Source of the DNA: Laetmonice hystrix
Taxonomy: Eukaryota
Direction: 5' to 3'
Length of the DNA: 60,000 bases
Assembly: GCA_965235115.1 (NCBI GenBank)
Contig: OZ249436.1
Span: forward strand, 27,530,001 to 27,590,000
Part shown: positions 1 to 13,100 of the stretch, one piece after another
Position numbering within the stretch: the stretch's first letter is position 1
Layout: every line of letters starts with the position of its first letter
Program-made: the position numbers and the translations under genes
The notes under the pieces: model-generated
Database searches by the model: none
Told to the model about the DNA's origin: nothing
The model's input: only the letters and a program-made list of their open reading frames with translations

Positions 1-1911
1 GTCGATGATAATTACCGTCTTGTATTCGAAACATATCTGTATTCTTATTATTTTTCTTTTGTGCCTGTGCTGAAACCCGCTGACGGTGTCGGATTCCAAC
101 GTCAACCAATTATAAATATAAGAAGTGACAGCACGTTGCGATCCAAGTCTTCTTTTGATTAACGTTTCTTGTTTGAATGCATCTGTCGCAGTAAGTATTG
201 CCTTGGAACATTATTTCCCGCGCTATACACCGACCGAAATCGAAGGGCCGTTCGTCTGCTGGCTGAATGGTGGGCCTTGAAGTACGTGGTAACTTGATGC
301 AGAGACTACAGGCCATGGCCAAATAGGTCTCTTGGTGTTCGAGCACTCTCTACTGAATAGGACGCCCGGCCTACCTACTGGCAATAATATTGACACATGT
401 CAGAAAGCGGTCTCAATTATTCTTGTCGTGCCTTTAAAAACGCTCGGGGTAATATTGACGAAAAGCACCAGCTTTGTCCCAAGTCGTCTGCGCGCCAACG
501 CCGGCTGAGATTTCTTTTATTGATCGGGCGTCCCCCTCCCCCCGCCCCTCCACGTACACTGGATGAGACGTGCTGACTGCCTTCCCCCTATCTTTTGCGT
601 GCTGTGGCTTTGCTTGTTTGGTGGATCGATCGGGAACCTATTCCAATATCAAAGTGTTATTAAAACACTTTTTGCAATTATGTCTTGCTGTGAACAGATA
701 CCGCTTAAAGTGATAATGTAGTTCACTTACTCGAGTTACTGTTATCATTCCAGTCAGTTCAATTAGGCCTTACATCACAACGTATAAACTACATCATATT
801 CGCTTGTGAAAAGATGTTTTTTTTACAGTGATGGGCTTTAATATGGGTCCAATACCGTAGCATTTACATATACAGTTTTAAATCAAAACCAACATTATTG
901 TACGACACCTTATACGACATAGTTAAATAAACCTATGGGCTTATATGTATTATTTTTTTGGACGGGCCTTCATTTGATGCGGATGAAGGAGTTTTACGCC
1001 AAACATTTACTTCATCTTTGAGTATAGATTGATGTGTACACATGCTATTCTTTTTTCGCCTGTTTTCACGAGGGAGAGGTCGGAAGGTAGTATTTACCTA
1101 CTATTTTATCTCCCGGTATTCGGGGTATGCCTGGCGGTACTTGAGACCTGTGCCCCCTTCCTTTCCTTAACCCATACCTCGCTCCGTCCCCAACCCCCCT
1201 CTGGTTTTCACCCCACCCCACGTACCCCCAGCTACACCAGATGGATGGTTTTCTAAAGCCATCATGACCGGCTCTCATTGTTGGCCAACTCCCCGGTCCG
1301 TGAGAACATCTCACCGAGCCGTAACCTTTGTCGTGTTTCAACGCTGGCGGCACTCTCCTTTTTTCTCCCCCCTAGCCCCCCTCCCACCCGCCACCAGCCC
1401 GGTCTATGTGAGCAGGGTTCTGTCGACAGGTGTAGGTCTCCACACAATCCGAGAGTAACAACCCCCGGCAGGCTAGCCTTGCGGGAAGCGCCTGCCGCCA
1501 GTCAACCTCACTGCCTGGTGTTGGTGATCTCTTGCCTGATAACGACTGTAAAGAAAACAAACTGCTCCGCGCTCAGCCAGCCCATGAGGAATCGTGATAA
1601 TATACTTGGCATGCTTCTGTCAGTCTCCAGTGACAGATGATACACCATGGAGACTGTGGCAGCCCGGGAGTGGGTGAAAACCCAGGCTCGCCTCCTATAC
1701 CGCCTCCGTCATGCGCCATATAATATAACCTGTCCATTATCACCCAGATGGGCCGCTAAGTCGAAGAAGAAGAAGAAGAAGAAGCAGACCCAGCGAGTAA
1801 TTATTACCGATCAACTCAACGCGTATTTGCCACAGATCACATAATGTATAACTTCATGGCATAATTGAGTATCTATAGAGTTCCACATAAAACGATGATA
1901 TTTCATACTAC

Positions 1912-1946
1912 TTCATACCAACGAGTTGTATACTCGTTGTTCATAC
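1912..1946. mobile_element. Minimal P-superfamily-like remnant or excision footprint (21-bp core, 7-bp TSD)
   Basis: TTCATAC | CAACGAGTTGTATACTCGTTG | TTCATAC. Palindromic core at 1919-1939 with CA...TG ends between perfect 7-bp direct repeats. The same core family recurs at 43804, 52473 and 54228. Confidence 0.7.
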
Positions 1947-2320
1947 CGAGGTTGGAGCTGGCGGGAGGGGGAGAGGGAGGGGGTTAGTTATGTCGGAAAC
2001 GACGGACGTTCTCTGGTGCAATTATTAGTCAGGCAGATATGTGACAATATGTCGAAGGATTGTGCATTTTGTCATAAAAGCGCGAAACTTGGCACAGTCA
2101 TAGACCATACCCAAAGGAACAAGGCCAGAAATGGCGCCACGAGAAAAAGTCCCTGTATCACCGTTGGCAGCCATTTTAAGGTCGCCATTCCCGGAATAGC
2201 TATATCCTTCAATAACTTTGGAATTATACAACCGATTGCGATGAAAATGGTGTCTAATCCCAGGTTTTCTGGGTCAAGGATTGCGATAAAGGCATTTTAA
2301 AATTTGTACGGCGAGTAAAT

Positions 2321-2820
2321 ATGCAAATTACGGCCGCCATTACCGGAAATCCGACTTCGGTCAATGTCTCTGTAAACGTTTGTCATATTTTGTAAAGGAT
2401 GTCATCTAGACCCAGGTTTGCAAGGTCAAAGTATGTGAAAAAGGTACTTTCAGTTTTTTTCCGAATGCTAATTTATGCAAATTAGGGCCGCCATTACCGA
2501 AAATCCGATTTCGGTCTATATATTTTTTAACGTTTGTCATATTTCGTAAAGGGTGTCATCTAATCTCAGGTTTGCATGGTCAAGGTATGTGAAAAGGGTA
2601 CTTTCAGTTTTTCCTAATGCTAATTTATGCAAATCAGGGCCGCTGTTACCAAAAATCTGACTTTGGTCAATATCTTTGAAACCGCTTGTGTTAGAAAGGA
2701 GCTCGTCTAAACCCGGGTTTGCAAGGTTGAGCTCTATCAAAAGGTACTTTCAGATTTAAAAAAAGTTGATTTATGCAAACTAGGGCTGCCATCACCTATT
2801 ACTGAAAATCCGGCTTTGGT
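2321..2820. repeat. About 150-bp subterminal tandem units of the Academ left arm
   Basis: ATGCAAAT..GGCCGCCATTACC.AAATCCGA motif recurs at about 2321, 2475, 2627 and 2773. Inverted copies lie at about 5430-5720. Confidence 0.8.
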
Positions 2821-3358
2821 ATTCTCACACTGGAGTCCTTTCGGCAATCTTCGGCAGTATTCGTTCGTTTGGGGAAAGCACAGATTACATATCACTCATG
2901 GCCCAAAATGGAACATGCGTGCCACCTCACTCGTTAGCTTACTACACCAGTGACATAAAGTAGGTCTAGGCCTATCGAAGAAGGGCATCAAGCAGTGATA
3001 TTTATTTAAACTTCCGCTGGGTGTTTGTCATTAGATTAGCCACTGGTGCGGCTGGTGTCCTGGGCGAAATCCGCCATATAGCTTCTGAAAAGAAATCGGC
3101 CTAGTTCGGCAAGTGGGGTCCTCGTTAGGTTGATCCCCTGCAGCTTACCCAGGGTCCCGTGCAGGATCTCTGATCATTCATTTCAGCAAATGGGCGCGAA
3201 TGTGAGCGTGGGGACCAGCGTCATGTAATTTTGATGTTGTTCGCTTGTTCTAAGTAGGTGTCAGAAGTCCTCAAGTCGTCAATCCTTGACTTAGAGGGTA
3301 GACCTAGAGATGATGGTTAAAGGTTAGTTAGACCTAGTGGTCGTGGTGGTGGCAGTAA

Positions 3359-5025
3359 AAGTCCAAAGCTTATCAGTTTGTTGATTCGGCACAACCTGGG
3401 CCGTCCAAAGTCAAAGAGGCACCCAAAACTGACTGGACCAAGTGTGTTCTTTGCCAAACAGTCACAAGTGAAGCTGTGCAATACCCAGCAGAATCAAAGC
3501 CTCGTGATGTCGTGACGGGTCTTCTCAGGCTCATGAGCAAAATAATGCAACCGTGAAAAGTGAGGGTGGGGCTGTGGGCCTTCCTCAGTCTCCTGCGGGA
3601 CTGAGGCGTTGGATGGTTGCTGGACCTCCAAGAGAGAAATTCAGGAGTGGTTTGCAAGTTTCTTCCCTGAAAAGTGACTGTTCCCTGTTCTTACGACTCT
3701 TCATTGCCTGCCAGTCCAGAGATGCTAACCTGGATGAGTTCTTCCATCACGAGAACCAAGTATGCCCCCCCCCATCACTATCTCAGCATGGCAAGCTAAG
3801 ATCTGGATCAAAATCGGATCTCCTTTTGTGCCTAGAAGGCTATGGTGTAGTTAGAAAACACGATGTTCCATAAACCAATATGACTATCATTGATGGGGCT
3901 GCGCTAGTGAACATTCTCAAGCCACTGGCTGCTAAAACATTCTGTGAATATGCCCTGAATGTTGTCCGCCCATACATCCTAGGCCAACTGCAGCATGCTA
4001 ATCGGGTGGATGTAGTATGGGACCAGTATCTGGAGAACAGTCTGAAGGCTCATGCCAGAAGTAAGCACGGGAAGGGCATAAGAAAGAGAGTTGAAGGATC
4101 CAAGAGTCTCCCATGAAACTGGCAGCAGTTTCTACGTGTTGACGCAAACAAAACGGGTTGTTTGCATTCTTGGCAGAGTATATTTCACTGCTGGAGACTG
4201 ACAAGCAGGTTGTTACCACATATGGTGCACAGGTCCTGTGCCATCCCTCACAAGCTAGCCTACTAGCCTCTTTCAGTCACGAGGAGGCTGATACGAGAAT
4301 GATCCTGCATCTGGCAGATGCAGTGCACAAAGGCTTTCAGAAGATTTTCCATAGGACAATCGACACAGATGTTGTCATTTTGGCAGTGACAGCAGTAGCC
4401 AAGATAAAAGTCCAGGAGGTGTGGGTTGCCTTTGGTACTGGTCAGCACTTTCGATACATAGCTGCTTCTCTTGGACCTGACAAATCCAAGGCCCTCCCAG
4501 TATTTCACGCTTTCACTGGCTGTGATACGGTGTCGTTTTTAAACATGAGGGGAAAAGACCGCGTGGCAGAGGTGGAAGGTTTTTGAGGAGGTGACCTCCA
4601 CATTCTTAGCCTTGTCAACAGGACCAACTGATATATCTGATGCTCTATGACCGCAGGAGCAGGAAGGAGGATATCAGTGAGGCTCGGCAAGAGTTGTTTG
4701 CCAAGAAAGGACGTGCTATGGATGCCGTCCCTCCAACTCAGGCAGCATTGATTCAGCATATCAAAAGGGCTGTGTACCAGGGGGGCACTGCTGGGGAAAA
4801 GATCTTGAAGCGGTCCCTGAATTGCCATCGCCAAGTGACTGGGGATGGAAAGACCCCAATGACTGGAAACCATTCCGGACAACTCTGCCTGAGGCCAGCT
4901 CCTCCTCAAGGGAACTTGTAAGCTGTGGGTGCAAGAAAGGCTGTACAGGACGTTGCAAATGCAAGCAAGCAGGACTGAAATGCAGTGCTTTGTGTGAATG
5001 CAGTGGCAAGGACTGTGATGTGTAG
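3359..5025 (+). pseudogene. Disrupted Academ protein: N-terminal stub, XPG/FEN1-like (PIN/H3TH) nuclease and C-terminal Cys-rich (CXC/Cys8) finger; transposase core largely deleted
   Basis: Motifs occur in order across frameshifted ORFs: TDWTKCVLCQ (about 3428), QAHEQNNATVKSEGGAVGL...LRRWMVAGP, LDEFFHHENQ..PPSLS, IIDGAALV, VDVVWDQY, HEEADTRMILHL, DTDVVIL, FHAFTGCDTVS, PPTQAALIQHIKRAVYQ, WGW, CGCKKGCTGRCKCKQAGLKCSALCEC then stop at 5025. Multiple stops and frameshifts. Confidence 0.85.
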
Positions 5026-6436
5026 TTCAGAAATCCAGCCTTTTCATATCCAGAACCAGAAACAGTATACTGGAACTGTAAACCTGTATACAGCAAAAAT
5101 TATGTAGAAAGGCAATTTGGTAATGGATAAGAACATCATTCAACTATTTTCCGAGTTGTCAATGTCAATCCTTCATACAGTAATCTGGATTTCTATGGAT
5201 AATATTCTGTAAAACGGACATTTGGAATAGAGATTTGCTACAAAGTATACCCACTATACCTTTGTTGCTTATATTATGGGACGGCCAGTTTTAAAATAGC
5301 TGCCAAGAATTAATATTTTGGGTTGACCCAAATTCTGGAATTAATCTTTGAACCATAGTCTAATAAAGTCTGCAAAGTTTCATGCTTGTATGGAAAAATG
5401 CACGATTGTTTCAACAATCTGGCTGACTTGAAAAAAGTACCTTTCTCGTATACCTTGACCTTGCAAACCCGGGTCTAGATGAGATCCTTTACAAATTAAC
5501 ACAACCCATTATAAAAATATTGACCAAAGTCAAATTTTCGGTAATGGCGGTCCAAATTTGCATAATTTAACTTTGAACAAATCTGAAAGTACATTTTTCA
5601 TATACCTTGACCTTGTAAACCTGGGTCTACATGACATCCTTTACAAAATATGGCAAACAGTTGAAAAGATATTGACCGAAGTCGGATTTCTTGTAATGGC
5701 GGCTGTCATTTGCATAATTACTTTGCGTACAAATTTTAAAATGCCTTTATCGTAATCCTTGACCTAGAAAACCTGGACCTAGACACCATTTTCATCACAA
5801 TCGGCTGTATAATTCCAAAGTTATTGAAGGATATAGCTATTTCGGTAATGGCGACCTTAATTTGCATATTTAAAACGTTACCCAGGGTGCTCTTGAAGAC
5901 AGCCAATCAGAAAAATGCTTTAGGGTGGCCCATAGATTGTGAAACTATCAAGAAACTTTGTAACTATAGAAAATTAATGGACTTGCTAATATTTTGGGGG
6001 CGGCCATTTTTAAAATGGCCGCCACGGCTGTGAAATTAATATTTTGGGTTGGCGCCAATTCTGGAATTATTCTTTGGACCATTGTCTATAACTCTGCCAA
6101 GTTTCATGCTTTTATGACAAAATGCACAATTCTTTCACATATCTGCCTGACTATATCACTGGCAGAAACAAGAAACATCTGTTTCTTGCCACCCCCCGGT
6201 ACGTCCCGCCCCTTTCCTACTCGTCACGATCATCTTGCTGATTCCAGCATTCCACTACTAACTCATCCACGAAATACGAGATCCCATCCCATCACATTTA
6301 ATATGATTATGAAGAAAAAAAACCATTTAGGGCTGATTATTATAGTCCGGACTATACTAGTGATTGCATGGCGGCGATAGGTTGTCGCGATGGAGGAAAC
6401 AGGAAGTACTGTCTACTCTCAGTAGCTCAAAACAAT

Positions 6437-7759
6437 CTCCCCACAGTCCATGATGTTGCTCTCCTTACAGTCCATGATGTTGCTCTCCTTACAGTCCATG
6501 ATGTTGCTCTCCCTACAGTCCATGATGTTGCTCTCCCTACAGTCCATGATGTTGCTCTCCCTACAGTCCATGATGTTGCTCTCCCTACAGTCCATGATGT
6601 TGCTCTCCCTACAGTCCATGATGTTGCTCCCGCTACAGTCCATGATGTTGCTCTCCCTACAGTCCATGATGTTGCTCTCCCTACAGTCCATGATGTTGCT
6701 CTCCCTACAGTCCATGATGTTGCTCTCCTTACAGTCCATGATGTTGCTCTCCCTACAGTCCATGATGTTGCTCTCCCTACAGTCCATGATGTTGCTCTCC
6801 CTACAGTCCATGATGTTGCTCTCCCTACAGTCCATGATGTTGCTCTGCCTACAGTCCATGATGTTGCTCCCGCTATAGTCCATGATGTTGCTCTCCCTAC
6901 AGTCCATGATGTTGCTCCCGCTACAGTCCATGATGTTGCTCTCCCTACAGTCCATGATGTTGCTCTCCTTACAGTCCATGATGTTGCTCTCCCTACAGTC
7001 CATGATGTTGCTCCCGCTACAGTCCATGATGTTGCTCTCCCTACAGTCCATGATGTTGCTCCCGCTACAGTCCATGATGTTGCTCTCCCTACAGTCCATG
7101 ATGTTGCTCTCCCTACAGTCCATGATGTTGCTCTCCCTACAGTCCATGATGTTGCTCTCCCTACAGTCCATGATGTTGCTCTCCCTACAGTCCATGATGT
7201 TGCTCTCCCTACAGTCCATGATGTTGCTCTCCCTACAGTCCATGATGTTGCTCTCCCTACAGTCCATGATGTTGCTCTCCTTACAGTCCATGATGTTGCT
7301 CTCCCTACAGTCCATGATGTTGCTCTCCCTACAGTCCATGATGTTGCTCTCCCTACAGTCCATGATGTTGCTCTCCCTACAGTCCATGATGTTGCTCTGC
7401 CTACAGTCCATGATGTTGCTCCCGCTATAGTCCATGATGTTGCTCTCCCTACAGTCCATGATGTTGCTCCCGCTACAGTCCATGATGTTGCTCTCCCTAC
7501 AGTCCATGATGTTGCTCTCCTTACAGTCCATGATGTTGCTCTCCCTACAGTCCATGATGTTGCTCCCGCTACAGTCCATGATGTTGCTCTCCCTACAGTC
7601 CATGATGTTGCTCCCGCTACAGTCCATGATGTTGCTCTCCCTACAGTCCATGATGTTGCTCTCCCTACAGTCCATGATGTTGCTCTCCCTACAGTCCATG
7701 ATGTTGCTCTCCCTACAGTCCATGATGTTGCTCTCCCTACAGTCCATGATGTTGCTCTC
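6437..7759. repeat. 24-bp minisatellite (CTACAGTCCATGATGTTGCTCTCC), about 55 copies
   Basis: Directly visible, near-perfect tandem array with few variants. It generates the long repetitive ORFs in several frames. Confidence 0.98.
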
Positions 7760-7858
7760 GCCAACAGCTGGGTGAATTATCTAGCAGACATTCAGACGAC
7801 TATTTGGTACGTCATTAAAAATGAAATCAAAATCTGATACGACTGGGAAAAGGTAAGG

Positions 7859-8805
7859 CTGGTGTGTAGGCTGATGGGTAGAGGTGTTGCTCAGGCTTGA
7901 TGCAGTGGCACTGCTGCAGTTTCCCATGCCAGCCCTGGTGTGTAGGCTGATGGGTAGAGGTGTTGCTCAGGCTTGATGCAGTGGCACTGCTGCAGTTTCC
8001 CATGCCAGCCTTTTTTTTAATATAATTTTTTATTTTCCACACAAAAATAAGTTTACAACATACATGTACAATTTGCATGTTTACAAAAAGGAACAGGAAC
8101 ACACTCACGGGTACACACACAGGACAGGACACTCTTGACAATTTAAATATTAACAAAAACATACATTTACAGGTACACATATACATGTATTTGGTAGCTC
8201 ATTCTTTAACAACATCATACCTAGGAATACCAAAATAGTTCCCATTTTTAACAACCTTTCTACATACAGTCTACAAGCCCCAATAACTATATAATTTTAG
8301 TTTTATAATCTATTCCAAATTACCCCCCACTTTTTAAGAAATCAAGCCAGCCTTGGTGTGTAGGCTGATGGGTAAAAGTGTTGCTCAGGCTTGATGCAGT
8401 GGCACTGCTGCAGTTTCCCATGCCAGCCCTGGTGTGTAGGCTGATGGGTAGAGGTGTTGCTCAGGCTTGATGCAGTGGCACTGCTGCAGTTTCCCATGCC
8501 AGCCCTGGTGTGTAGGCTGATGGGTAGAGGTGTTGCTCAGGCTTGATGCAGTGGCACTGCTGCAGTTTCCCATGCCAGCCCTGGTGTGTAGGCTGATGGG
8601 TAGAGGTGTTGCTCAGGCTTGATGCAGTGGCACTGCTGCAGTTTCCCATGCCAGCCCTGGTGTGTAGGCTGATGGGTAGAGGTGTTGCTCAGGCTTGATG
8701 CAGTGGCACTGCTGCAGTTTCCCATGCCAGCCCTGGTGTGTAGGCTGATGGGTAGAGGTGTTGCTCAGGCTTGATGCAGTGGCACTGCTGCAGTTTCCCA
8801 TGCCA
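7859..8805. repeat. 76-bp tandem repeat, 2 + 6 copies, interrupted at 8011-8345
   Basis: Unit CTGGTGTGTAGGCTGATGGGTAGAGG...TTTCCCATGCCAGCC at 7859 and 7935, then 8353-8805. Confidence 0.97.
8011..8345 (-). mobile_element. 5'-truncated non-LTR retrotransposon (L1/Tx1-like 3' end) inserted in the 76-bp array
   Basis: The minus strand ends in an A-rich tail (T-run at 8011). It is flanked by duplicated GCCAGCC(TT) at 8004 and 8346. The minus strand opens with FLKKWGVIWNRL*, resembling the last residues of an L1/Tx1 ORF2, followed by an AT-rich UTR-like segment. Confidence 0.72.
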
Positions 8806-10114
8806 TCCCCCTTGACCGAGGGATTGATTTGTGGTCTAGGTCAGGCCATCGCCCTGCAGTGGGATTCGGTGCAGCTTAATCGGCCGATTGGAAGCGTCAG
8901 CCCGGATCTGCCAGCTTAAAGTGATTATAACCAGCCCCAGGTTCTATCATGCAGTTCGGTAGCATAGAGAATTTAAAGGAGGCACAGATGAGGGCAGATC
9001 TACTTGATTCTATCATGCAACCATGAGTCTTTTTTTTCAACATTTTTATTCGCGCTCAACCACATTCATTGCGGCGTATGCACTGTTTATTTGATAAATA
9101 GTCGTTACTGTGTCATCCATATTACCACCAACCAGGCCGTAACCATGGCAACAAGCCTTGGCTTCATTGTAAATATCGTGAAAAGGACGCCATCTACCTG
9201 TCCCTTTAGTTAGTATGAGTGCCGGGGATATCCTACCGGATATTAGACAAACTTATTAACAGACTTAGAGTGGTAGATTCACGGTATTTTAACCTATATC
9301 AATTTCTTCATTAAGGAACCGGTATCCGTTCCCGCTAGAAGACTGTCAGTAATACACCATGTTGTCAAGATTTAATGACGCATTCCGCTTTCACTATTGG
9401 GACTTCATAGGACATTCCTGAAAGCTAATAGGCCCCTTACTGAGAAACTCTGCTGACTCAACGTATAGGTGGATTGTCTGACCTATAACACTTCCATGTA
9501 CAGTGCTATTGAGTGTAATGTCCTGCAGTTACGCGGTATACGAGCGGTAGATCTATATTTACGTGGCAATAGCCTGCCGTTTTGGAACTACACTCGGGGC
9601 AGTACAACCGCCTATTGACCTGTCATCAGATTCGGTCAGAGATCAGTCGAAGGTAGGCTTACACAGGACTTATCAATCATCTTACAGAGGTCGGGGGGGG
9701 GGGGGAGGTCGGGGCCCTGTAATGTTATAGATTTATAGTCAATAATCGTGCCGAGTTTGTCATTGCGCGTCCAGGGCAGGCCGAGTGTAACAACTGGACA
9801 CTGTTTATACGACACGTGACGTGGAGTTTATTAGACACAGGGCTGGGGCAGGAGGCAAGGCTATTTGTCACATTCTTTGCGAGTCAAAAAAGCAGGCTGG
9901 TGACAAGGGACTGGGAGGGAGGGTGGGTTCTGGGGGATGGGGTTGGGGTGGGGTATGATACCCTTGGCCTTCCATGCCCCTGATGATTGCGACAACTTGA
10001 CAGTGACATGAACACGGACATGCATTCATGTACCACGTTACTATGCATGTCATGGCATTTAGTTTACACTGAAGGCCTATTATCTGACGGGCAAAATATT
10101 TTTCAAGGAAGTTT

Positions 10115-10188
10115 GAGGAGGAGGAGGAGGAGGATGAGGAGGAGGAGGGGGAGGAGGAGGAGGATGAGGAGGAGGAGGAGGCGGAGGG
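10115..10188. repeat. (GAG)n microsatellite
   Basis: Imperfect GAG/GAT triplet run. Confidence 0.95.
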
Positions 10189-13100
10189 GGCGGAGATTTT
10201 GATGTCTGGCAAGGGCGGTTAGAGCGGTTCCAGGGCGTCATACAAATCCCGCTTCGGCTTTTTGGCCTCGTGTTTTGAATTTGATTAATTTGAAATGTAT
10301 ACAACCTTGTAGGCTGTAGCTAGGAATGATATAAGTTCCTTTTCTCAAATGAATTAGAATTGTGTTCTCTTATATCAATCCTGTGAACAAAAATCACGTA
10401 AGCACACCGTGAACACTTTTCACCAAGGTTACCCTATAGAATAGCGGGGCACATATGCACACAATGTAAGACAGGCCCATCTGTTCGCGAGCTGTAAATA
10501 AGTTGGCAGCTCTGCCGATAACGGGCCAGGGACAACACGGGCGATAGATGAGGGCGGAGAGGCGTATAGAAGCATGTCCTGGCTACTCTGTTGACACGGT
10601 CCACGTCGGTTTGATAGAGAGAGAAACAAAATGGATGTTGTGGCGCGAACCCAAGAGTCGTTGGTTGTGCCTGCAGGGCCAGCACTCGCTCATCAGAGCC
10701 TGGCCGTGAGCTGGCAGGGTGTTTGTAAAAGTCATCTATTCAACGACAGTGTCAAACAGTTACTGCAGGCCGACTTGGGCACCATTCCGGTTTTAGAGTA
10801 TTTTGAACACCAAACACGCCATCACCAAATCCCTGTGTGGATAATAGACGAAGAAGAAGAAATAGAAAGAATGACATAGATCTATAGGCAACCATTAATT
10901 TCTATATTATGCTCCAGCTGCTGCAGAAGTCTCTCATTCAGTGCTTAATGACATAGACGGGTCCCAATTTACCTGGAGGTAATGTGTGCTATGTATTTCA
11001 GACTGTGCAACGAGGCGATTTTTTGGTCTGGACCTCTCGGTGTTTTAGTACAAGACCCCGGCTGACACATTGAAGTTACCGGCGCTCATCACACCACTCT
11101 CTCAGTGAGTCTGAGTCCGAGTGCCCCCTCCCTCTGTCGGTGCCTCATAACTCAGTCGATGATGTGCTTACATTACAATAACCTCAATGAACCTCGGTTT
11201 TAGTCATACGTCAGGCACTGTGACTTTATATAGTGGATCAGCCTACAGAGGAAGATGTACCGGTAGCGTGATAGGATAAGCCTAGCCGCGCGCCAGATTG
11301 CATAATTCATAAGAAGTGCCCTTTAAGATGATCACCTTACGGTTGACCTCGGGATCGGGAGTCACCGAGTACTACAAGGAGTTAAAAACGGAGTTGTCTT
11401 TTACAACGGCCACGCGAGCCACGAGGTTGGTATTAGGTCGAGTGAGGAATGAATCAGCGTGGTTACATCGGACTCAAGCACCTTCAATATATGCACGATG
11501 AATGCAAACATCTGGACCCTCCTCATTCCTTTTGTACGAGACGATCATAAATTGCTGATAGTGTTTTAAGGCCATGTAATTTGTAGGCAGTGTTACACAG
11601 CCGGCGTCACCCCCGACAGTCAGGTCGTCACTCGCAGGAGTTGCCACTCAGCCACAACTTCAAAGGGGGGCGTTCAGGTTGAGGAGGTCAAACGAGGTAC
11701 GAGTCTGGGACTGATTGGCAGAATGAAATCGGTTCAGTACGAGAAAAAAAAGACAACGTAATTGCTATTTCATGCTGTGAGAAGCCGAGGGATATTACGT
11801 TACCCGTACCGCTGCTGCGGGGTTCTCAGCTGTCTAGGCACGGGTACACGACACTAGAAGGGATTTGAGAGGCCGAGCAGAGCCGCCAATGTCCGTTCTA
11901 CGTCCAATACACCCGCCGGGTCCCCATCTTCTGGGCAGCCTCTTGTTTGCCCCCACTGTTTTCACAGTCAACATTCGAGGCCATAAAAACGCCTTTGACT
12001 CGGTCTGTTCTAACTGACGGCGGCCGGTGAGCTTGGTGGGGGGCTACGAATTACCGGCATTTGTCGAGCGTAATTTACTAGGTGCCCACTTCTCATTCTA
12101 AATGTTTATGTGCTTATTCCCGCGGAAGTGGAAATCTTTTTTGCGCGATTGAGCAGTCTTATCATCGGGCGGATCGTGGCAGGTCCAGAGGGCCACCTTC
12201 CTTTCAAGGGTACTCCCCTCGTGATAACATGTCCACGGACTACGGTCTATCCTTACCATTGTCCTCCAGGTCAATGCTAAGGGCGTAGAGCTAGGTAGAA
12301 GGATATGTTTTATGGGAGGTATAGTTTTAGGTTCAGGGATGTAAGAAAAGTAATAGATTCTTCCTACCCGAATTCATGGCAGTGTACCATGAGTAGTCTA
12401 CCCCATTAAATGTGTAGTTGAGGCTTTGTGCCGCCCACACAGGTCGGTAGGCAGGTATCAACCATTGTTTGCTTGTACCATTTGTGTTATATGAGCAGAA
12501 CTTTGTGGAGGTTCCTCACCTTTCCCATTCATCGTGCAAGAGCCAAGAGCCACACGTCCGTCTGCGCGGTATAGGAGAGAAGGGGGTAGGGGGTCACTCA
12601 GATGTAAAAACAGAGAATTATAATGGTCTGATCTTATGTCCGGGCTCTGTTGACAAAATGTGTTACTCCCATCTTGTTCTATTTATACGTCCGCGTGATA
12701 TTTAAAAAAATTACATGCGTACGTAGGTTTTATGCAAGTATACCTTGCGATATATTTAATGACAGCCTAGACGGTGATTGTAATTTATATACATGTGTGA
12801 ATGTGTATGTACGGAAGTAGTAATATCATTGTATCTGTGCCCAGTATTGATGCAGAGACAGGGCGTTCATATTATAAACCATGAGATTTATCTGTGTAGT
12901 TGGTCAAAAGTATGTGGTTTGGTTCTCATACCACAAATAAGTGTACTTTATATCACCCCCTCACCCCCCAACACCCCCGGGGGCTTTCTAGTTGAGATTC
13001 CAACCATTGTTAATATTGATATACTGACATTAACGAAATAAAAGGCAAATGAACGAGACACGGAAATGAACATGGAAAGAGAGTTTGTGCACGACAGAAA

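Larger units (their letters stand above)
2026..6153 (+). mobile_element. Academ (AcademX-type) DNA transposon, internally deleted, non-autonomous
   Basis: Left end TAGTCAGGCAGATATGTGA (2026) is the exact reverse complement of right end TCACATATCTGCCTGACTA (ends 6153). Termini are TAG/CTA and TAT flanks both sides (3-bp TSD). Imperfect inverted homology continues for about 700 bp (about 2180-2760 vs 5430-5860). The interior encodes XPG-like and Cys-rich motifs typical of AcademX. Confidence 0.88.

Noticed and set aside
1647..1785. Possible LINE 3' end with a (GAA)n tail
   Set aside because: Only the short GAA run supports it; no recognisable protein motif or TSD.
6368..7837. 489-aa, 445-aa and 442-aa ORFs
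   Set aside because: They are translations of the 24-bp minisatellite, open in several frames on both strands with no unique coding flank.
8973..9208. Second Kolobok-like MITE (TTAAAGG...CCCTTTAG)
   Set aside because: TIR match is poor and the TTAA TSD is not intact.
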